Shown: in pieces, positions 55,590 to 64,000 of the stretch | Layout of the letters: every line of letters begins with the position of its first letter | Numbering within the stretch: position 1 is the first letter of the stretch | Assembly (NCBI GenBank): GCA_964016885.1 | Contig: OZ024740.1 | Location: 47,988,001 to 48,052,000 of the forward strand | Source: Eledone cirrhosa | Taxonomy: Eukaryota | Direction: 5' to 3' | DNA length: 64,000 nt | Position numbers and translations under genes: made by a program | Notes under the pieces: model-generated | What the model was told of the DNA's origin: nothing | Databases searched by the model: none | The model's input: the letters and a program-made list of their open reading frames with translations, nothing else

Positions 55590-58135
55590 GATCATAATCA
55601 TTTTTACATCTGTTTTTCCATACTTGCAAGGGTTGGACAAGTCCTTTTCTGCACAGCATATCTCCACTTGTCATGTTCCTTCATCATCTCCTCCTTGATT
55701 CTCAGCAATTTGAGATCAGCTCTCACCATCTCCACCCAGGTCTTTCTTGGTCTGCCTCTCCTGCAGTTTCTTACCACTGGGATTTCCTGGCACTTCTTCA
55801 CCCAGCGATCATCATTCATGTACATCACATTTCTGTACCAATTCAGTCTCCTCTCTTGCACACCATTTCTGATTCCTCTTAAACCCAATTACTCCCTCAG
55901 TTTATCCAAACTCTGCCATTCTATCACATTTACATTGCACATCCAATGAAGCATGCTTGCCTCATTTCTCTCCAGCCTACGTTTGTCCTCTGCAGTCACT
56001 GCCCATGTTTCCTTACCATGCAGCATCATACTTCACACACAGGTGTCATGCAGCCATCTTTTCATACATAGTTTTTTTCTAGGTTTACTCTCAGCCTTTT
56101 TGCTTGTAAATTCTGTTTCCATAGTCAGAACTTATTCTCTTGTTCTATTATGGATTCAGCTATAGGGACCAGATCATCCACATAGAGAAGTTCCCATGGA
56201 CAGCCAGTCTTAAACTCTTCTGTTACAGTCTAGAGAACTACGATGAACAGCTGAGGACTGAGGCCTGATGAACTCCTACCTATACCTTGAATTCCTTACC
56301 AAACTAATTTCCTACTCTCACTTTACTAACAGCTCCTCTGTACATGGCTTGCACTGCTCTCACAAGCTGTTCTACACCTAATTTTCTTAAGGACCACCAG
56401 ATAACAGATCGAGGACTCTGTCAAAGGTTTTTTCTAGATAAATAAAAGCTAAATATAGCAGCTTATTCTTGGTTAGGAACTTCTTTTGTAGCTGCCTCAC
56501 TAAAAAGAGGGAATCTGTAGTATTTTTCTCAGGCATGAAACCAAACTGCATCTCATCTAATTTAAATATTTCCCCAATTAGCTGCTCTATAACTCTTTCC
56601 ATCACTTTCATAATTTGGTCTATCACTTTTATTCCTCTGTAGTTGCTCCTTTTGAGAGCATCACCTTTGCCCTTATAGCAATTTATGATTGTACTGCTGC
56701 ACCAGTCATTGGGTATGAGTCCATCCTGTATTACCTGATTGACTATGGGGGTTCAGCTCCTACTTCTTCAGATGCTTTTAGCATCTAGGCAACTATCTCT
56801 GACAATCCTGCAGCTTTACCATTCTTCCTCTCTTTGGTTGCTTCTTTGACCCTATAACAGTCAATTTCAATAGCTGGTCCCTCTGTTGTCATTTTCTGCA
56901 TTCATCAGCCTCTCATAGAAACACTTTCTTTTGAGCATTAATGGTGCTTAGTGCACCAGTTTCATTTCTAACACCCCCCCCCCCCCCATAACATCCCAAT
57001 TCACACTGACACAGACACACTGCCTTGCAATGCAGAACACTTCATGTCTCAAGACATTAGCAAACTTTCTTTTTTCAGTATCTTTCCAAACTATGTACAC
57101 CTGTATTCTAGCTTCTCTTTTAGCTACTTGCCACTGTCATTCTTTCCACACCTGTCTCTTGGCTTTAATGGCTCTATCCACTGTGCTGTTCCACCACCCG
57201 GTCACCCTGTCTGGCTGGAACAAAGCATCAGTCACAAGTTTCATCAGTAGTTCGTAATAGAGTACCACATAAGAATTTTCAATTATCCTCAGTCATATGT
57301 ATCTAACTTACCTCCCTTCTCATCATATGCACCCTCTAGGGCCTTTCTAAATCTATATTTAGAAGAAAGATCCTTTAGCTTCTAAACCATCCATCTCCAT
57401 ATTCTCCTGCATATCTTATTCCATCTTGTATTTATTCTAATATCACTAATAAATAACTAGTGTTGGGTGGCACATGCTTCCCCAGGAAGGACATAGCATT
57501 TATTACCATCCATCTATCTCATTATCTTACAAGTAAGAAATCAATCTAACTTGTGTGTTCACCTTATTGGTAGGTGATCAGATGACTGGCTGGTTTCCTG
57601 AAAATTGTGTTGGAAATAGCTAGTTCATTTGCATCAGAGAATTCCAGGAGCTTCACTCTCTCTTCATTTCTTGAGCCAACTCTAGTGAATCCATCTTGAT
57701 ACTGTTTAATATATCCATTGAAGTCACCTGCCAAGATGATGATATCTGTCATCAGTAACTGAGGTGGTCTGTAAAAGCTTTTCATAGAAACGTTCCCTTT
57801 GTTCTTTATTCTATTTACTACAGCTAACCCATGCTAGCATGGAAGAACGGATGTAAAACGATGATGATGATGATGATGACAGCTATTCTAAGTTTGATAA
57901 TTCTCTTACTTGCTCTAACTACCTCTATCACTTTATCTATCCATTTCTCAACTAGTAGAATGTCTACACCACTTACCTCATTGTCATTTTCTACCTAGAA
58001 AAGTTTGTACCTGTGTCGTTTGTCAACTCTCATACTCAGCATACATCCACTTGTCTCCTCTCTAACAACTCCACAATTTCACCTGATTTACCTCTTAGGG
58101 TGCCAACATTTAGAGTGGTAGCCCTGAGATGTGTG
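55590..58135 (-). mobile_element. Old, near full-length but decayed RTE (APE and RT), family-3-like
   Basis: Minus remnants TLNVGTL (~58100), AGDFNG (~57725), QFGFMP..LEKTFDRV (~56420-56550), GRPRKTW (~55740); many stops and deletions; a short plus-strand RTE tail is inserted at ~57825-57879. Confidence 0.8.
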
Positions 58136-58313
58136 TTTTGACAGTGGTTAGATCCTTAAGTAGCAGTTCTTTGTACTGTGCGATTGCTTGAGAGGTTGTC
58201 TTACTGGACTCTAGAATCTTCTCTAATCTATATCAGTTTTTATTCAGATTACCAACTCTCCTAGTTGAGTTGCCTTCACTATGGCTTATGGATTCCATAT
58301 GTATGTGTATATA

Positions 58314-58352
<39 letters not shown>

Positions 58353-58890
58353 ATGTATGTATATATATATGTCGGACACAACAACCTTTCTAGTGTTGTT
58401 GATCTACATGAGAAATGAATCCCGTACACACTGTAATGTGGTTGCATTAGGAAGGGGATTCAGCCATAGAAAGCTTGCTTAACAAAGAGTTGGGAGGACC
58501 CTTCAGTTGTGTCAAAGACATGACAAACTCCCAGTACATGCTGTAAAATGGTTGGTGTTAGGAAGAGTATCTGGCCATAGAAAATTTGCTAAATAAGGAG
58601 TTGGGAGGACTTTCAGTTTATGTCAAGACATGACAACTTTTCCTCTGCACTTGATAGAAATGTATGACCATACGTAAGCAAGATATAGATCCTTTGACCT
58701 CTCTAGGTCAGTAGCCCCAATTCAGTACTGACTTGGTCTATGTAGACCCGTCCAACCCTTGCTAACAAGGAAAACGAATATGAAATGATGACATATAACA
58801 AAATTTATTTTTGCTCTAACATAGCAGAAATGTAAATGCATTTGTGAGTTTTATATAGAGTAATAGTATATGTATATATATATATATATA

Positions 58891-59063
58891 TCATCATCAT
58901 CATCATCATCATCATCATCGCTTAACGTTTATCTTCCACGCTAGCATGGGTTTAGACGGGGATTGTCCCACTTGAGGCAAGATTAGTCATCTCGCTCGTA
59001 TAGGACTGTCTGGCAGGTTTTCTACGGCTGGATGCCCTTCCTAACACCAACCACGTTTACAAT
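58891..59063 (-). mobile_element. RTE 3' end
   Basis: (ATC)n followed by the complement of the family 3' UTR. Confidence 0.88.
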
Positions 59064-59140
59064 GTATATATGTATATATGTGTTTGTATATATGTGTACG
59101 TTTATGTATATGTGTGTGTTTATATGTATGTATGTATGTG

Positions 59141-59191
<51 letters not shown>

Positions 59192-59308
59192 AATAAATAG
59201 GGATGGACTACTGTAACCGTCTTTCTTGTTTATTATTATATATTATTATATATATAATAATAATTAATAATTAATAATAATAAAGAAAGCATTATTATTA
59301 TATATATA

Positions 59309-59494
59309 GACGGCGGATTGGCACTATCGGTAGAGGGTCTGACGCCATGCTTTGCAGCAAAGAGTTACGGCCCTTTATGATCTGAGTTCAAATCCCGCCG
59401 AGGTTAACTTTGCCTTTCATCCTTACGGGGTCGATAAAATAAAGTACCAGTAATACACTGGGATAATTGCTGGCCTTGTGCCAAAAGTAGAAAC

Positions 59495-59500
<6 letters not shown>
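59309..59500 (+). mobile_element. SINE family S1
   Basis: Full head, core and tail inside a TA array. Confidence 0.92.
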
Positions 59501-59552
<52 letters not shown>

Positions 59553-60024
59553 CATGCACACAAACATATATATTATGTACATATACACACACATATATAA
59601 AGAATGTGTTTCGAAATTCTCTTAGAACATCATTTATGTTTTCCAACAATACCATTATAAATGAATAGTTGCATGGGAGTTGTTATTTTTTTAATAGATT
59701 TTTGTACTTTATTTGTTTACTTACTTCTATTCACTTAATTATTCAGTTTGTTGTCAGTGGGGAGAATTAATTATGTTCTTCTAATACCATCTGTTTGACT
59801 CATTGACTGAGTATCTTCTCTATCTTGGAATCATTTTCTAAACTCAATGTTGCTATTTCAGGTGCCATTCTTTACATAATTTTCCCTCCTTATACTCCAT
59901 ACATATGTATTTCATTGATAATATTTATTGTTATCATTATGATCTTTGTCATGAGTTTAATGTCCATTTCTTTCATTTTTGCATAAGTTGGATGGGTCTA
60001 TAATATTTCATGTCTTTATTTGGG

Positions 60025-61212
60025 CAGGGCTGGATTTAGACCTTGTGGGGGCTGCAGCACTTCAGGTTTGGGTGGGGATGCTAATACACAAAACATTAGA
60101 ATACACAGCAAACCCCCAATTTTATATATATCAAAGTTAGCTTGGCATAAGTAACTGGGATTGAAAAGTTATATATAAATTTAAAAAATCTAATCTAACC
60201 ATCTTCATTTTACATCCACTTTTCACCCTGACATGTGTTGGACAAGTTGTCACAGTCTGAGACCAGACGTATTGGAGTGATCTCATCTTGCTCATACATT
60301 ACATATTTGGCATGGTTTCTATGGCGGGGGGGGGGGGGGGTCTTTCCTAACAACTTTAGAGTGTTTATTGGGTGCATTGTTTTTGCCATACCAGCACATC
60401 CACTTTACTCAGTAGACTAGGTACCTTCTATCAAGGCACCAACACTAACAATTTACAGGATGTACTGAGTGCATTTTTTCGTGACACTAGTACTAAACAG
60501 GACGTCGTATGCTTGGCCAGACTAAAGCATTTCCTTATATACTATATTGTCTCCATTTGATTGCCAAACACTGTAGATTCCGATCTTTCACCACACTTCC
60601 TTTTAGTATCTCACTATTTGTACTGGTGGACATGTCTTTTGTATTATGTCATATCATCAATTAACTCTCTTCTGTGTCATCTCCTTTATTGGGTTCAGGT
60701 TTTTGATATCATTCCTTACAACTTCGACCCATGTTTTCATTGATCTTCCACTTCAAATGTTTTGTACTTATTTTATACAACACTCACTTTTCTTTTGTAT
60801 CACATGTCCATATCAGCACAATTGTCACTCTTGTACAGTATATTCAACTAAAATTTCTCTCTGGTCACTTTTGTGCTGTCGTTCACATACATTAATATTG
60901 CACATCTTGCAAAGCCACTGCAAATATTCTGACAAGTTATACATAAATCTAACATGGAAATATACATAATTATAAAAATAGAGGTGTATCTAAAGTTGAG
61001 AAAATTTGATGAATTTTGCCACTGTAAAGACATTAAATACTTTGTGAAAATATATAGTTCTTGTTGTCAAAGAGATAAAACCAAAAAATCCAGCAGAAGG
61101 CACAAATAAATTGCTACAGCTGTCGCTGCTGCCAAGTCTCCCCCCCCCCCCCCGTGTGTGTAGGGAGGGGAGACAATTACCCGCCTTTGCCACCCTATTA
61201 AATCCGACCCTG
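60025..61212. mobile_element. hAT-like non-autonomous element containing a decayed minus-strand RTE (~60200-60915)
   Basis: CAGGGCTGGATTTA ... TAAATCCGACCCTG TIRs; imperfect flanking duplication ATTTGGG / ATTGTGGG. Confidence 0.6.
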
Positions 61213-61989
61213 ATTGTGGGTCATATTATTAGGGAGATTTACCATATTCAAAGTAAAACTCTGAATCTGGAGAAACTGGTGTGGTCTGTCAGTAACAATG
61301 GTAATAAAACCAAAATTAGTTTGTAGGTTCAATATGTTTAGTAGTTGTGTCCAAACCTATTGAATCTACAAACACTTTTGAAATTTACTACCATAATTAG
61401 GCTGGATCTCACTATTTTTTGCCATTGTCTGCCTTAGTCAGATTCTGTCATAGGTTAGGGTTGATGTCCATTCACTTATGTATATACTGCTAGCACTCTC
61501 ATCATATATGTGAAATATTTGGTGAAGTGAATTCCTAGCAAATACCCTTGCAAGCAGGGAAAAAGCGGACGTAAAATGAAATGCTTTACATCTCATTCTT
61601 CTGAAACAGCTAAGAAGGTGACTACAAAAGTTCTCTTAGATATGTTCTTTTACATCTTTCATTCAACCAAATCCCAGAAATGACTGACATGCAGCTATGC
61701 TGTAGCAATATAGGCAACATTTGCAGCATACTACACCTGCAAAATTTCACCTATTTTCACCGTATTGCAACTCTTGCAAGACTCCTAAAAATGCTTTTGT
61801 GTATATCACTGTTTGTATGGTCTTACACCACAAAAACTCCATTCACTCCATCTGATCCCTTGCCAAAATGGTCTTTACCAAATATTTACAATCCTCATCC
61901 CCATCACTTCTAATTCCAGATGCTACCTGCTTTGCATCCAACTTCATGCTGTACAAACTGAACATTTCACCACATTTTCTTTCTAAACT

Positions 61990-63090
61990 CTATCAGTATC
62001 ATGTAATTGTATACACCAAGTCTTAAAACACTTCAAGTTGCTTCAAACCAACAAAATCACAAGATCTAACATTGTTTCTTCCATTACTATCAAACAGTGT
62101 TCACCAGAGTTAGCCCCTCAACTTGCCAAACTCTTTGATATTTCTCTCTTTGCAGGAGGAGTACATTCCAATCTTTGGAAACATGCTACAGAGTGTCTTA
62201 TTGTCAAGAAGTGTATCAACTCTTACTCTGCCAGCTAACAACTTAATTCTCTTACTCCCAACATCTTAAAATGATGGAAACAATCATTAACAGTCATCTT
62301 ATTCAAAATTTTGAGTCTCTCTCCCTCTTCAATGGCCATCAGTACAGCATCTGTATAACCAGATCTACTGAAAATATACACTCATATATCACCCATTAGT
62401 GATCCTGTTCCCCTTGACAAGTGAACTGATAGTAATGTCATTGCATTTGACATCAATAAAGAGTTTGATAGTGTCTGAAACAAGACTCTCTTAGCCAAGT
62501 TGCTCACTTATGAGTTTCACCCATATCTCATTTCTTGGATTGAAATCTCTGTTAGACTTCTTTCTAACTATGTGCACTGACAAAGTTCCCTCTGATCCAT
62601 ACTCAACCAGCTCTGATGTGTCCTTATGTTTGATTATATGATCCACACTTTTCTTGTTTGCTTTCTATGACCTCTAACAATGCTCTCTCTGATGCAGGTC
62701 ACTCTTCTTTAATAATACATTATCCATGTGGAAATTAAACACTTTACATCAAGCTAACACTGTCTCTATGAACAAAGACTTTTAAAGCATTCCTCAATGC
62801 TCTTTCAACAGCAAGAAGACATAATCAACATTCATATCAAGGAAACAATTTTGTACCCCACTCTTCAGTTTGGATAACACTGCAATAAAACCTTCAAAGT
62901 CACTACAAATACTCAGCCTCACAATGTCTGATTATCCTTCCTGGCGACCTCATATACATAGCACAGTTAAGACTACATTCCAAAGACTGGCCTTCTCACT
63001 TCAGGGCTAAAAAATGTTTCATCTCTTATCAATTATTATCCTTCTATAAAGCTCAAAGATCAACAATAGAGTACTGTTCCTACATCCTAT
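61990..63090 (+). pseudogene. Decayed CR1/Jockey-group RT fragment
   Basis: IKQCSPELAPQLAKLFDISL..WKHA; downstream AFDINKEFDSV and IEYCS remnants; many stops. Confidence 0.62.
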
Positions 63091-64000
63091 CTATAAGCTA
63101 TAAAAAAAATACATGGACCTATAATGAATAACCATGAATGTGGTGTTGTTTTCTTTTTACATATATTTTGGATGATATATTGACAACCACTGGGCAACTA
63201 AATTTAAACAATTCTGTATTTTGTGGATTTCTTCCTTCTTCTTTCTTTCTGTTCTATATTGGCTTGTGTTTGATGAAAGTTTAAATTGTAATACTCTATT
63301 AATATTTTATATTAAAATTTTATAGAAAGAGTTAAGTGTATACTACTTATTGGTTAGATATGTATGTTCTCGTCTTTGTATCTCAAAATTCTCTAATAAA
63401 GAAAGACCCAATTTGTAAAAACAAATTTTATAACGAAATTCTGTGTTAGATATGCATTTTTTACTCCAACAACACAATGTCTGACCCTAAATAAAGGTCA
63501 GTGTAAGAAAATATAATAGAAATATTTTTCTGCCAAAAGAAAAAAAAATACAAAATGACTAATATTGTAACTTTGCTGGAAATAACAAATTGATATCCTT
63601 GAGGATTCTAAGCCAAGAGACATGTGAAATAGCGTTGATCGTGTTGATGTCTTTATAGAAAATAAACACAGACAAGAGAATAAACCTTATGAAAGAAATT
63701 TTTTGTGAAGATGGGCAGTGAAAAAACATGAAGTTTATACAATGTTCTCCCTGTTGATAATATCTGGCAAAGCAAAATATATCTAAACAAAATATATTTT
63801 ATTTGTTGTAATATTTTGTTTTATTTCAGTCTATTTTTTATAATTGTTGCAATTAGCTGCATGTTATTGTTACTTCATTTACCCATCTCTAGACTTATAC
63901 AAAATTGATATATATATATATATAATGTGTGTGTGTGTGTTATTGTTTTTAATTTTTTTCCCCTCATAATTTTTTGTTATTTCAAATTCTTACACAGTCA

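Noticed and set aside
59309-59400. tRNA gene from A/B-box-like motifs
   Set aside because: It is the head of a multi-copy SINE, continuing into core and tail; no complete cloverleaf.

Overview
AT-rich eukaryotic non-genic DNA made almost entirely of repeats. The SINE/RTE/MITE repertoire looks like an octopus (coleoid cephalopod) genome; this is inference from remembered repeat families, not a database match. I can support no host protein-coding exon. The long Ile/Tyr ORFs are artefacts of (TA)n/(TACA)/(TATG) arrays, which fill most of 1-10650. Real coding remnants are all non-LTR retrotransposons: two near-identical CR1-type copies, at least three RTE families (two with a C4HC3 PHD finger inside the RT), and Tx1/L1-, Vingi/Ingi- and Jockey/CR1-like relics. 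There are also many tRNA-derived SINEs, TTAA- and TA-flanked MITEs, a hAT-like element and a possible solo LTR. The most interesting signal is four type-I hammerhead ribozyme motifs from three unrelated non-coding, hairpin-rich segments, each abutting TA microsatellite. One is a 319-nt tandem unit carrying a variant-core hammerhead in both copies (retrozyme/Penelope-like, predicted ~319-nt possibly circular RNA). All structures were folded by eye and coordinates are approximate to a few bases.
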